From Oligoflexia bacterium (GTDB lineage Bacteria > Bdellovibrionota_G > JANQFH01): DNA of 64,000 bases. Position numbers and translations under genes: made by a program. The notes under the pieces are model-generated. The model saw nothing but the letters and a program-made list of their open reading frames with translations, was not told the DNA's origin and searched no databases. Below are positions 17,517-26,621 of the stretch, piece by piece. Each line of letters begins with the position of its first letter. The first letter of the stretch is position 1. Where the stretch lies: contig JANQFH010000024.1 in the NCBI GenBank assembly GCA_028277945.1, forward strand, positions 102,917-166,916, in the 5' to 3' direction.

Positions 17517-18706
17517 TGAATTGTCATTTTAGAATAACTACAGCTCCCGAGAAGGTACGGCCTTACTTTCAGGGAACGCGTTCCCTGAAAGTAAGGCCGT
17601 ACCTTTTTCTGTTAGGGGCGCTGCTCTCTCTCTGTCTCGTTACCACTGCTTGCAGTAGCAAGAAACCCTATAGACTCAAGTGGGAGCGGGGCAAGCTCGA
17701 CGGTGTGGGTGGCTCTCCCATACGCTCTTCACTGCATGGGGCGACAACGCTTTATACCGACAGGTCCGAGTCGGTCATCTATGTTGGCACTCGTGGTGGT
17801 CGCTTGATTGCGCTTGCAGGCAAACGGGGTAAAGCTCTGTGGCAGCTAGCAGGAGAAGCTGGCTATGAGGCTCCTGCAGCCGTGAGCGATCGGGTTTTGT
17901 ACCTTGGCAACCTCGATGGCTCTATGGTTGCCGTCGAGCGCCAGCAAGGCGAGCTGTTGTGGGAATACCAAGGGGATGCAGAACTTCTCAGCCAGCCGGT
18001 GATCTTCAAAGAGCTGGTCATTTTTGGCGACAGCGCCAACACTGTGGTGGCCCTCAACCGTAGCGATGGCTCTTTTGCGTGGAAATACCGTGAAGATCCA
18101 CCTGCAGATCTTACCTTACGTGGTACTTCAACACCGGTTATTGCCTCAGAACGGGGCTGGCTCTTTGTTGGTTTTAGCGGTGGGGTATTGGCGGCGCTTG
18201 AAGCTGCTACGGGTCGGCTGCTCTGGCGTCAGCAGATAGCCTCCCAGTCACGGCAGATTGATGTGGATGCTACCCCGCTTGTTCTCGGCGAGCGAGTTTA
18301 TGTGGCTTCGGTAAGTGGCCCGCTGGTTGCGATGGATCTTACCGGTAATCTGTTGTGGAGCAAACCCCAGTTGCGCACGCAGTTGAGCGTTCAGGATGAT
18401 GGTGAGCATCTCTTTGTGGCAACTTTGGATAGTCGCGTTTATGCCTTAGATATGCAAGATGGCAACCAGCTCTGGGAGTGTGATTTAGCCGGTGATGGTA
18501 GAGTGCCTACTTCGCTGCTTATCGATGGTAACCATCTATTGGTTGCACTCAGTGATGGTCGCGTTGCTGCTCTTTCAGTTCAGGATGGTAACCTGCTGTG
18601 GCAGTACAAGCTTGGTAGACAGATCAGCGGTCGTTTGCTGCAGGCAGGGGATGGTTTTGTTGCCATGAACGGGGCCGAGACCTTGTTCTATTTCAGCCGT
18701 CGTTGA
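17516..18706 (+). CDS. BamB-like PQQ-type beta-propeller lipoprotein
   Basis: The ATG at 17516 shares its A with the upstream TGA. Lipobox-like LVTTAC. There are repeated propeller blades (LYVGT..G.LIAL....G..LW). The tracked ORF starts at TTG 17501. Confidence 0.7.
   Translation: MNCHFRITTAPEKVRPYFQGTRSLKVRPYLFLLGALLSLCLVTTACSSKKPYRLKWERGKLDGVGGSPIRSSLHGATTLYTDRSESVIYVGTRGGRLIALAGKRGKALWQLAGEAGYEAPAAVSDRVLYLGNLDGSMVAVERQQGELLWEYQGDAELLSQPVIFKELVIFGDSANTVVALNRSDGSFAWKYREDPPADLTLRGTSTPVIASERGWLFVGFSGGVLAALEAATGRLLWRQQIASQSRQIDVDATPLVLGERVYVASVSGPLVAMDLTGNLLWSKPQLRTQLSVQDDGEHLFVATLDSRVYALDMQDGNQLWECDLAGDGRVPTSLLIDGNHLLVALSDGRVAALSVQDGNLLWQYKLGRQISGRLLQAGDGFVAMNGAETLFYFSRR
17552..17605. repeat. 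54-bp perfect palindrome (27-bp arms) followed by a T-run, inside the 5' coding region of the bamB-like ORF
   Basis: AAGGTACGGCCTTACTTTCAGGGAACG / CGTTCCCTGAAAGTAAGGCCGTACCTT, checked base by base, with TTTTT at 17604-17608. Confidence 0.9.
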
Positions 18707-18724
18707 GTTTCTGCAGGCAGGCTA

Positions 18725-20935
18725 GTGACACGGGCAGCCTCCATATGGGTCGTTTTCTTCACATCGGTAGGTTTTTTTCTTATTGCCATGCTTCCTGGCG
18801 AGGCGTGGTTTGACTCTACCGAACTGACCCAAGGGGCTTACTTTCTCGATTCGACCCATCCGCCAGGACAACCTCTATATATCTCTGTTGGTAAACTCTT
18901 GACCTTTTTACCGCTGGGTTCGATTGCCTTTCGTACCAACCTACTATCCGCGCTCAGCTGTGCCGGTGCCATTGCCGTGGCGAGTCTGTTGCTGACGCGC
19001 GGCCCTTCCCTATTTTTGGCAGCGCTGTTTGCTCTGGTTTTGAGCATGCATCCAACCATGGCACTACAAGGAGTGCGAAGCGAGGTGTATGGTCTGCATC
19101 TGATTATAGCGATTCTCGTCATCGTATTGATGCAGTGGCGCCTGATGCAGCAACGAGCCGCTATACAACAGGGCTGGCTCCTGCCACTGTTTCTCTTTGG
19201 CCTTGGACTTGCCAATCATCATTTTCTTACCTTGCTGTTACTACCTTTTATCTTGGTTCACGCTCTGCTGTTAAAGGTTCCAAGAGGTCGCAAACTACAG
19301 TTAGCCCTCTGGGGTATCTTTTTCATGTTGGCTGGCCTCTCTCTCTACCTCTTTCTGCCAGTGCGTAGCCATTCACAACAGGCGATTTTTTCTTGGGGCG
19401 CCCCAACCCATTTTGTCGCCTTGATACACATGCTGGCTGGCAGAGACTATCAAGTCTTCTTTCTGCCGCCGTGGCGCGATTGGGCGCCGTTTCTAAAAGC
19501 GGTTACTACAGTACGGCTAGAGATCATCGTTGCCGCTCTTATCGCCTTCTATCTGCTGCTACGTGCTCGGCAGTGGCAAACGCTGTTACTGCTGCTTGCT
19601 GTGGCCAGCACGCTTCCTGCCTTTCTCGTTCGTGCCTTCAACCCGGAAAACCCAGACGCCCAAGGCTACATTGCCATGGTGCCACTCCTATTCTACGTGG
19701 TGGTCTTTATGGTCGTGCAAGAGCGCAAGGCGTGGGTACGTGCTGCTTGTATCGGAATCTGCTTTTTATTTGCCGTGCAGCTGGTGATCCGTTCACCGGA
19801 CCCCATAGTACGTCATAGTGATTATCTCGTGGAGGAGTATGTTCAGGACCTAGAAGCAAACGCACCCTATGGCGCGCTCTTTTTTCTCTCTAGTGACCAC
19901 GCCATCTTCCCAATGGTCTACAGCCAAAACGTCTTTCGCGCGCGACCCGATCTGCGGTTTATCTCACCGCTATTGGGTCGTGCCCGCTGGTATCATGATT
20001 ATCTTCGGCGTCGTTACCCTGATCTTGACATGCCGCCAGCGCGACGCGGCTGGCTTGCGGCGTTGTTAGAGACCAGCAGACGACCGCTCTTTGCCGAGCA
20101 ACCCAAGACTCTGCGAGCTGGTAGCCAAGATCCCGGGGGGCCACAGAGCATACAACCTTGGTACCACTGGTATCGGCTGCACTCATCCACGCAACCGCAA
20201 CAGGAGGTGCAGGCGACCATAGCATCGAGTTTTTTCCAACAAGCCTATACAACCCATCCCCAACGCTACCGCATGACCGCCAGAAAGATTCGTGATTTGA
20301 TCTACGTGACTCGTGGCAACTTCTATTACCGGCAGGGGGATCTTGCTGCAGCAACTCACCAGTTGGAGTTGGCCGTCAACCACGAACCTCTTCCAGCCAT
20401 CGTCAGACGTAGCGAGAGGGTGGAAAGGAGTATCCTGCCAATGCATCGTCGCCGACATCCCGTGTGGATCTCGGAGCCGGCAGACAACCTCTACTTGCTT
20501 GGCAGCTACTATATGCAAGCAGCTGAGGTTGAAGCAGCCCGTAGCGTTTTTGCCGAAGCTGCAGCAGCGGGTAACCCCAATGGCATGTTGTTACTTGCGG
20601 ATCTGGCCTTGCGACAAGGTGACGCCGGCAAGGCTGTGCGCCTGATCCAACGCATTCCGAACGACTTTCCTGAAAAGCCTCTGGCACTTGGCATTGCCTA
20701 TCTAAGGCAAGGAGACTTTGATCTTGCCGAGCGTTTTCTGCGCCAAGGCTCTCGCCGTCTGCCTGAAGATATTCCTTCGCGTCTCTACCTCTCCCGTATA
20801 GAGCGTACCCGTGGCAACTTTACTCGGGCACGCGCGTTGGTCGAGGAGCTGTTACAACAGCATCCCGACAATCCACAGATCTTGCACGAGCTCGAGACCT
20901 TAGAGCGTATTCGTAGCGGTAGGGAGGGAGGCTAG
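18725..20935 (+). CDS. DUF2723-type polytopic membrane protein (glycosyltransferase-like) with C-terminal TPR repeats
   Basis: N-terminal WFDSTELTQGAYFLDSTHPPGQPLY, which is characteristic of DUF2723. About 10 TM helices are followed by TPR-like repeats (YYRQGDLAAA, LRQGDAGKA, YLRQGDFDLAE). Confidence 0.65.
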   Translation: MTRAASIWVVFFTSVGFFLIAMLPGEAWFDSTELTQGAYFLDSTHPPGQPLYISVGKLLTFLPLGSIAFRTNLLSALSCAGAIAVASLLLTRGPSLFLAALFALVLSMHPTMALQGVRSEVYGLHLIIAILVIVLMQWRLMQQRAAIQQGWLLPLFLFGLGLANHHFLTLLLLPFILVHALLLKVPRGRKLQLALWGIFFMLAGLSLYLFLPVRSHSQQAIFSWGAPTHFVALIHMLAGRDYQVFFLPPWRDWAPFLKAVTTVRLEIIVAALIAFYLLLRARQWQTLLLLLAVASTLPAFLVRAFNPENPDAQGYIAMVPLLFYVVVFMVVQERKAWVRAACIGICFLFAVQLVIRSPDPIVRHSDYLVEEYVQDLEANAPYGALFFLSSDHAIFPMVYSQNVFRARPDLRFISPLLGRARWYHDYLRRRYPDLDMPPARRGWLAALLETSRRPLFAEQPKTLRAGSQDPGGPQSIQPWYHWYRLHSSTQPQQEVQATIASSFFQQAYTTHPQRYRMTARKIRDLIYVTRGNFYYRQGDLAAATHQLELAVNHEPLPAIVRRSERVERSILPMHRRRHPVWISEPADNLYLLGSYYMQAAEVEAARSVFAEAAAAGNPNGMLLLADLALRQGDAGKAVRLIQRIPNDFPEKPLALGIAYLRQGDFDLAERFLRQGSRRLPEDIPSRLYLSRIERTRGNFTRARALVEELLQQHPDNPQILHELETLERIRSGREGG

Positions 20936-20946
20936 AGTTCGGTTGC

Positions 20947-21717
20947 ATGTACCTTGTGGCCAACAATCTGCGTCGACTAGGCATCGTCCATGGATTCTGT
21001 GGCCGTCTCCACGGCCTGAGCTTACCACCCTACAACAGCCTCAATACCGGGCTGCGTTGTGGCGATGAGGAACCACGCGTCTGGCAAAATCTACAGCTCA
21101 TTGGCAGACGTGCTGGCTTCTCCCTACAGCAACTCCACTGGGCGCGGCAGCAGAGTGGTGATGGCATCCTTGAAGTGCGTGGACAGGATCGGGCTGAGAG
21201 CAGTCGCAATAAGGCGGCTGACAGCCTTATCACTCAAGCGACTGGAATGGTGCTGGCTGTGAAGACCGCAGACTGTCTACCTATACTCATCGGCGCGCAA
21301 GGCAGCTCATGGGTTGCCGTGGTGCACATGGGTTGGCGAGGTGCGCTACTCGAGATTCTACCAAAGACCTTAAAACGGTTGATTAAGGCACGGGTGGCAG
21401 TTGGCCAACTATACCTTGCTCTCGGACCTGCTATCGGTCCTTGCTGCCTGCGGTTGGATGGCGCAGCACAAAGCTCATTTGAGAAGCGATTTGCCAACCA
21501 CCGCGCTTTCCACCACAAGCGGGGTGAGCAGGCGCTTTATCTCGATCTGTGGGAGCTGGCGACGGCGGCTGCGTTGGCAGCGGGTGTGAACAGAAAAAAT
21601 ATAGAGATATTAAGGCGTTGTACAGTCTGCCAACCTCGCGCCTACTTCTCTTATCGGCGTGAAGGGGCTCGCACCGGCCGGCAGCTAAGCTTTATCATCG
21701 CCGCCGGCATTAGGTAG
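20947..21717 (+). CDS. pgeF: Peptidoglycan editing factor PgeF (YfiH/DUF152, laccase-domain protein)
   Basis: Motifs TADCLPILI, HMGWRG, GPAIGPCC and CTVC...YFSYRR. Confidence 0.85.
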   Translation: MYLVANNLRRLGIVHGFCGRLHGLSLPPYNSLNTGLRCGDEEPRVWQNLQLIGRRAGFSLQQLHWARQQSGDGILEVRGQDRAESSRNKAADSLITQATGMVLAVKTADCLPILIGAQGSSWVAVVHMGWRGALLEILPKTLKRLIKARVAVGQLYLALGPAIGPCCLRLDGAAQSSFEKRFANHRAFHHKRGEQALYLDLWELATAAALAAGVNRKNIEILRRCTVCQPRAYFSYRREGARTGRQLSFIIAAGIR

Positions 21718-21823
21718 TTGCTGGATATTAATACAAAAAAAGGCTTGTCCTGATCCCGTTAAATAGGTATACCATTTTATTAAAGATTTATCGGTTAAAG
21801 ACTTAGAGTCGGGAGGGCTCAAT

Positions 21824-22111
21824 ATGGCACTGACGAAGGCGCACCTCATCGAAAAGGTTACTAATGAGGTTGGCCTCAACAAAAAGGTTGCCATGGAGAT
21901 CATTGAGAGGTTCTTTGAGATCCTCAAAGGCTGCTTAGAGCGTAGCGAAGATTTAAAGATCTCAGGTTTTGGCACCTTTCATGTGCGCCAAAAAAAGACC
22001 CGTATGGGTCGCAACCCGCAAACCGGCGAAGCCATGGAGATCAGCGCGCGCAAAGTGGTCACCTTCAAACCGAGTCAACGCCTGCGCGACGCGCTTAATG
22101 GCAAGTCCTGA
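21824..22111 (+). CDS. ihfA: Integration host factor subunit alpha (HU/IHF family)
   Basis: MALTKAHLIEKV...ISGFGTFHVRQKKTRMGRNPQTGEAMEISARKVVTFKPS aligns closely with my memory of E. coli IhfA. Confidence 0.8.
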   Translation: MALTKAHLIEKVTNEVGLNKKVAMEIIERFFEILKGCLERSEDLKISGFGTFHVRQKKTRMGRNPQTGEAMEISARKVVTFKPSQRLRDALNGKS

Positions 22112-23113
22112 TCATTTCAACATCTTTTTCCGTCGTAACAACCAGATGTATTTCCAGCAGAAGAGCAGTGGCCAGCGTTTTTCGTAGGGTTTCACCTCAA
22201 TCTGCCAACGTTGGGTCCTTTCAATTTTCACCAACATATACCCAGCCCAGTCTTTGACCGTCACCACGTACTTTGGCCAGCGCAACAGGGCTCGTCTACG
22301 ACTACGCCGAATAAACCTTTTGGTTTGACGTTGAGCCGCCCGACACTCCCCTCGTCGGTAGTGAGTTTTGTCTCTCTCCTGATCCAACCAGGTTGTCTTT
22401 GCCGCTGTATCGTCGAGGATGGGCAGAAAAAACTGGCGATAAAACTCCGTTTGACTCGCAAAGATTTTTTTTACCTTGTCTGTTGCTTCAACACGTGGCT
22501 CGCCGGTGTAACTCAACCGTAGTGCCGCCAAGATCGCTTCATCCGGACTAAAGCGGTTTGGCAGCAGCGGTAGAGAGCGTTGCACTGCCTGTTGCATAGC
22601 ATGGAGACAGCAGCGGACGATCTTAGACAGAACCTCTGGACGTTTCAGGTAGACAACGGCCAGACGTTTGCTGAAGCGACCCACATGGTAAACGTCGGCT
22701 GCTCTTGCCGAGGTTTCCCGCTCAAGGTCGTTCAAGGAGATGACCGAGTACTTACTGCTGCCATAGCGGTAGATGTTAGGTGGCAGCATGCGGTTGAGTT
22801 GGGCGTGCAGCCAACCAAGACGATGCCAACGCCGCTCTTGCGGGCGTCCACCACCGCCATAGAAACCGGCATAACTGTCGACGATGACGTAGTAATCTGG
22901 AGTAGAGGTCGCTGTCGCCATGCCGGCATGCAAGCGCGAGCCATAGAAGAGAATGGCTAAGATTGCCGCTGCCCCAGGCTCACTCGTCTGGGTGAGCTCG
23001 CCTACAAACTGCTCGGCATGCGCATGATCCGTGAGCGGCTGCGGCTGGTAGGTTTGACGCAGCTGCTCCTCAAGCCGTGAGTGGATTGGGGCTGAGGTTG
23101 GGCTCGCATTCAC
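22112..23113 (-). CDS. Tam41/Mmp37-like protein (putative phosphatidate cytidylyltransferase fold)
   Basis: The string of motifs resembles PF09139: LFYGS...DYYVIVD, KYSVISLNDL, VYHVGRFSKRL, LRLSYTGEPRV, FYRQFFLPIL. GTG start. The stop abuts the ihfA stop. Confidence 0.5.
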   Translation of the reverse strand: MNASPTSAPIHSRLEEQLRQTYQPQPLTDHAHAEQFVGELTQTSEPGAAAILAILFYGSRLHAGMATATSTPDYYVIVDSYAGFYGGGGRPQERRWHRLGWLHAQLNRMLPPNIYRYGSSKYSVISLNDLERETSARAADVYHVGRFSKRLAVVYLKRPEVLSKIVRCCLHAMQQAVQRSLPLLPNRFSPDEAILAALRLSYTGEPRVEATDKVKKIFASQTEFYRQFFLPILDDTAAKTTWLDQERDKTHYRRGECRAAQRQTKRFIRRSRRRALLRWPKYVVTVKDWAGYMLVKIERTQRWQIEVKPYEKRWPLLFCWKYIWLLRRKKMLK

Positions 23114-23271
23114 AATTTATTGAATATACTAGAAAATCTGACATAAAACCAGGCTCGCTTTTGACGCATTGGTGTAATAGAGCTTGACAAGCGCTCAGGC
23201 GTCACCTAAGGTGTAACGCGTTGAATAAATGACACCGCCCAAGATAGGGGGCGTGGGGAAAGGAGAAACCT

Positions 23272-23838
23272 ATGGCAACGGCTACTGAGACAACCGCGAG
23301 GGTGATCAAAAAGTATCAGAATCGCAAACTCTACGACACCCGCGATAGCTGCTACATCACTCTGGATGAGATTGCTAAGCTTATTCAGAAGGGTGAAGAT
23401 GTAACGGTGATTGACAACCGTACCAAGAACGATGTCACTTCAATCATTCTGACACAGATTCTTGTGGATCAAGAGAAGAGTCAGAAATCGATTTTACCGC
23501 TTAGCATGCTCAAACAGATCATCCGCGGAGGTAGTGGTTCGCTGTTTGATTTCATTCAGCGCTATGTGGTGTTGGGAATGGAAAACGAAAACGACTCGCA
23601 GGCAGAGGCAACCCGTTACATTGAACGCATGGTTAGCCGCGGTGAGATTACCAAGGCAGAGGGCAAGGTATTGCTCAATCAGCTAGCGGTGCAGAGTGCG
23701 AAAAACCTCGAGCAGCTGCAAAACCGTATCAACGACACTATTGAAAAGACCGTACGCCGTGCCAGCAACCTCGGTCAGATTGAAGACAAGATCGCCCGTC
23801 TCAATGAGCGTATCGACCATCTTGAGTCAACCGTCTAA
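23272..23838 (+). CDS. phaR: PhaR-type polyhydroxyalkanoate synthesis regulator
   Basis: The N-terminal domain IKKYQNRKLYDTRDSCYITLDEIAKLIQKGEDVTVIDNRTKNDVTSIILTQIL matches the PHB/PHA accumulation regulator DNA-binding domain. The C-terminus is a coiled coil. Confidence 0.8.
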   Translation: MATATETTARVIKKYQNRKLYDTRDSCYITLDEIAKLIQKGEDVTVIDNRTKNDVTSIILTQILVDQEKSQKSILPLSMLKQIIRGGSGSLFDFIQRYVVLGMENENDSQAEATRYIERMVSRGEITKAEGKVLLNQLAVQSAKNLEQLQNRINDTIEKTVRRASNLGQIEDKIARLNERIDHLESTV

Positions 23839-23866
23839 GCTCACGACTTCTTAGATAGAGCTTAAG

Positions 23867-23901
23867 AAGCGCCTGTGGTATAGACCCCAGGCGCTTTTTT
23901 T
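23867..23901 (+). terminator. Rho-independent terminator after phaR
   Basis: A 9-bp stem AAGCGCCTG / CAGGCGCTT runs into seven T residues. Confidence 0.7.
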
Positions 23902-25203
23902 ATGCGGATTTTATCCATGCGACCGAGCCTTGTTTATATATTGGGCACTGCCGGGGATGCTTTTTCGCAAGCGCTGTATACGGTGGGAAAAGCCGTGTTT
24001 CTGTGGCACTTTCTTGGCGATGATAATCTGCTCTCTGCGGGATTGATTGCCACGGCTTTCAGCTTTTTCTTCTTTTTTGAGGCTATCATGGAGGTGGTTT
24101 CTAGCTTTGCCGCGGATAGATGGGGTCTATCTAGAAGAAAGGTATTTTTAACGGGTATTCTGCTGCCGACAATCTGTTTTGTCGTGCTCTCGCTACATCC
24201 CTTTTGGATTGCAGATACCACGCTGGCCATGCTCGCTTTTGCTATCAGCCAGTTTCTGTTTGCAACCAGCATTACTTTGATATCCGGTACCTTTGATGGC
24301 TGGTCAATTACCGCCGAACTGTCGCAGGACTCTAGCTTTTCCAAGGCAAAGTTTTTTAGTTTGGCGACGATAGCCAAACGTTTAGCCTATTCTTTGGGAT
24401 GCTTGCTCATTGTCATAGTGTTATTCGTCATGGAAGCGAGTGAAAATCCTAACGTGAAAGGCATCTGGTGGACGCGCATATGGATATTTGCTGTGATATT
24501 TCAGATGATGCTGTTTGTGCTTTTGTATCATTTCTCCAGGGGACATGATTCCGTGCAAAAGGCAGGTCCACTGCCTGCATGGGCCCCTATGTTGCACGCT
24601 ACCTATCAACCATCAGCCCTACCCGGGCTTGTTTTGTACTGTAGCATGTATCTGCTAGGTATGGTGGTCACGGTTTCCTGGCCGACGCTGGTTGATGTTG
24701 TTGGGCCACGGCCGCTGCCCTACTTAATAGCGCCCGCGTTAACGCTGGTTGGTTTTTTTGGTGCTATGTGGGCGAAGCGTGTCACCAAACGATCGAGTGA
24801 TCAGGCCGCAGAACAACATGCGCTCAAAGGCGCACTGCACACCTGCTATCTTCTTATTGGTGCAGGGCTCTGTCTCTCTTTCTCTCAAGAGCGCGGCATG
24901 CTCCCATTGATTGCCGTGGCGTTTGTTATCCTCATGCGCCTACCTTTTTACTTTGGTTTTCCATTTGTCCTAAGCCTCATGCATGAGAATATTGGTGGCA
25001 GCGAGAATGTCCGTGCTTGCGTGGTGTCACTGCGTACAGCCACAGCGAGTCTGTTTGTTGGTGTCGCCTTTATCATACAACGTCTTCTATTCGACGCTCT
25101 CGCGCTAGCACCTTACAAGATGTTCGCCTGGACGCTGATTTGTGGTTCCCTGCTCGCCCTCGTGGCACTGCTAGCATTAAAGCTTCGCCAAAAAGATTTA
25201 TAA
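23902..25203 (+). CDS. Polytopic membrane protein, probably an MFS-type transporter
   Basis: 433 aa with about 12 hydrophobic helices and an MFS-like loop FAADRWGLSRRKV after TM2. Confidence 0.5.
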   Translation: MRILSMRPSLVYILGTAGDAFSQALYTVGKAVFLWHFLGDDNLLSAGLIATAFSFFFFFEAIMEVVSSFAADRWGLSRRKVFLTGILLPTICFVVLSLHPFWIADTTLAMLAFAISQFLFATSITLISGTFDGWSITAELSQDSSFSKAKFFSLATIAKRLAYSLGCLLIVIVLFVMEASENPNVKGIWWTRIWIFAVIFQMMLFVLLYHFSRGHDSVQKAGPLPAWAPMLHATYQPSALPGLVLYCSMYLLGMVVTVSWPTLVDVVGPRPLPYLIAPALTLVGFFGAMWAKRVTKRSSDQAAEQHALKGALHTCYLLIGAGLCLSFSQERGMLPLIAVAFVILMRLPFYFGFPFVLSLMHENIGGSENVRACVVSLRTATASLFVGVAFIIQRLLFDALALAPYKMFAWTLICGSLLALVALLALKLRQKDL

Positions 25204-25291
25204 AATCAAAATGCAGCGTCGATGCCAAAACTATTCGCAACTCCTTTGAAATTATTGAGGGCCTGATTCTTGGTCATTTGGTGATGCCCTT

Positions 25292-26485
25292 TTAAGAAAG
25301 AATGTCTTTGGGCTCGGCTGCAAAAAACTCCTCTAGTGGTATCCCGCCACTGCCGATGATGAGGCTTTTAGTTTTTGAGAATTTTTCTTTCAATCGATAC
25401 AGACCCGAAGCTTTCAACGGACGTCCACTCTTTACTTCGATTGCCCAGAGCTTGTCTGCTGTTCTTACCACAAAATCGACTTCGTTTGATCGTTCTCTCC
25501 AGTAAGTGACGCTATAAGGTAGTCCCTGAAGACAGTTGAGCAAATGCCCCCCAACGGCGTTTTCGACAATCCTTCCCCACCAACTTCCATCGTTTCTAGC
25601 TTCCTTGAAATTCTTTTGCGACAAAGCATGAATAAGACCATTGTTCCAAAGAATGAGCTTCGGACTTGATCCTCTCTTTTTAGCTTGATCTCTTGGGAAT
25701 CGTTCCAGGCCGCTGACGAGAAAAGCCGTTTCTAGGAGTCTGAGGTAGTGAGCAAGCGTAGTAGTATTGCCGACATCTTGCAACTGTCCTAGCATTTTAT
25801 TGTATGAAAGAATTTGTGCTGGGTAAGCAGCTGCTAGCGCGAACAGATGACGGAGAAGAGTAGGCTTTGTAATATGCTGCATTTGTAACACGTCTCTTGT
25901 GATGGCTGTTTCTATCAATGAATCCGTGATGTAGGATCGCCAAAAACCTTCATCTTTGTAGTACAGGGCTGCCTTGGGATAACCTCCGAAGAAGAGCCAG
26001 GATTCAAGATCCCATGCGAACTTTGCCTTACACTCCGTCCAACTCCAGTGAGCAAATCGAAAAAGCGTAAACCTTCCAGCTAAACTCTCTGATAGGCCGT
26101 GTTGTAAAAGAATGGACGAAGAGCCCAGCAAGAGGACGGCAATTCTACGTCCTTGTTTCTGATCCTCATCCCATAGACGCTTAACTATTTCACTCCAACT
26201 TTGAACTTTTTGTACTTCGTCAAGGATCAATAGGGTTCTTAGCTTATTGCATTCTGATAAACGTCTAGCCACATGCCATTGGTTTTCAATCCATTCGATA
26301 CCGAAAGGTTGCATGCCATCTGCGGCTGCATAGTGAACGGATCCCTTCCATCTCTTTTCAATTTGCGTGGCAGCTGTGGTCTTGCCAACTTGGCGAGGCC
26401 CCATGACCACGTGGATGAGGTCCTTGGCCGTTTGCAAACTCTGCCAGAGCTTTACTGTGGTTGGGCGTAGATAGTCTTTTGCCAT
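25292..26485 (-). CDS. AAA+ ATPase of the AAA_14 / DUF4143 family
   Basis: Walker A VMGPRQVGKTT and Walker B LILDEVQ. The C-terminal half is typical of DUF4143 (restriction-endonuclease-like, WEVDFVV-type motif seen as NEVDFVV...WAIEVK). The gene is visibly AT-rich. Confidence 0.8.
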   Translation of the reverse strand: MAKDYLRPTTVKLWQSLQTAKDLIHVVMGPRQVGKTTAATQIEKRWKGSVHYAAADGMQPFGIEWIENQWHVARRLSECNKLRTLLILDEVQKVQSWSEIVKRLWDEDQKQGRRIAVLLLGSSSILLQHGLSESLAGRFTLFRFAHWSWTECKAKFAWDLESWLFFGGYPKAALYYKDEGFWRSYITDSLIETAITRDVLQMQHITKPTLLRHLFALAAAYPAQILSYNKMLGQLQDVGNTTTLAHYLRLLETAFLVSGLERFPRDQAKKRGSSPKLILWNNGLIHALSQKNFKEARNDGSWWGRIVENAVGGHLLNCLQGLPYSVTYWRERSNEVDFVVRTADKLWAIEVKSGRPLKASGLYRLKEKFSKTKSLIIGSGGIPLEEFFAAEPKDILS

Positions 26486-26521
26486 AACCTAGATATAACA
26501 CGGAGTTAATGCGATGGTAAA

Positions 26522-26574
26522 CAAAATACTCGGTGGTTGAGTATTTTTGCTCAATCACTGAGTATTTTGTTTTT
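26522..26574. repeat. Inverted plus direct repeat cluster (CAAAATACTC / GAGTATTTT / GAGTATTTTG + T-run) between the ATPase gene start and the dehydrogenase gene end
   Basis: 26522-26531 is the exact reverse complement of 26560-26569. A 9-nt second copy of the right arm lies at 26539-26547. TTTTT at 26570-26574. Confidence 0.8.
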
Positions 26575-26621
26575 AGAAAAATATCTTTTTATTTGAACTT
26601 GTTAGCTAGCAAAACCGATTT

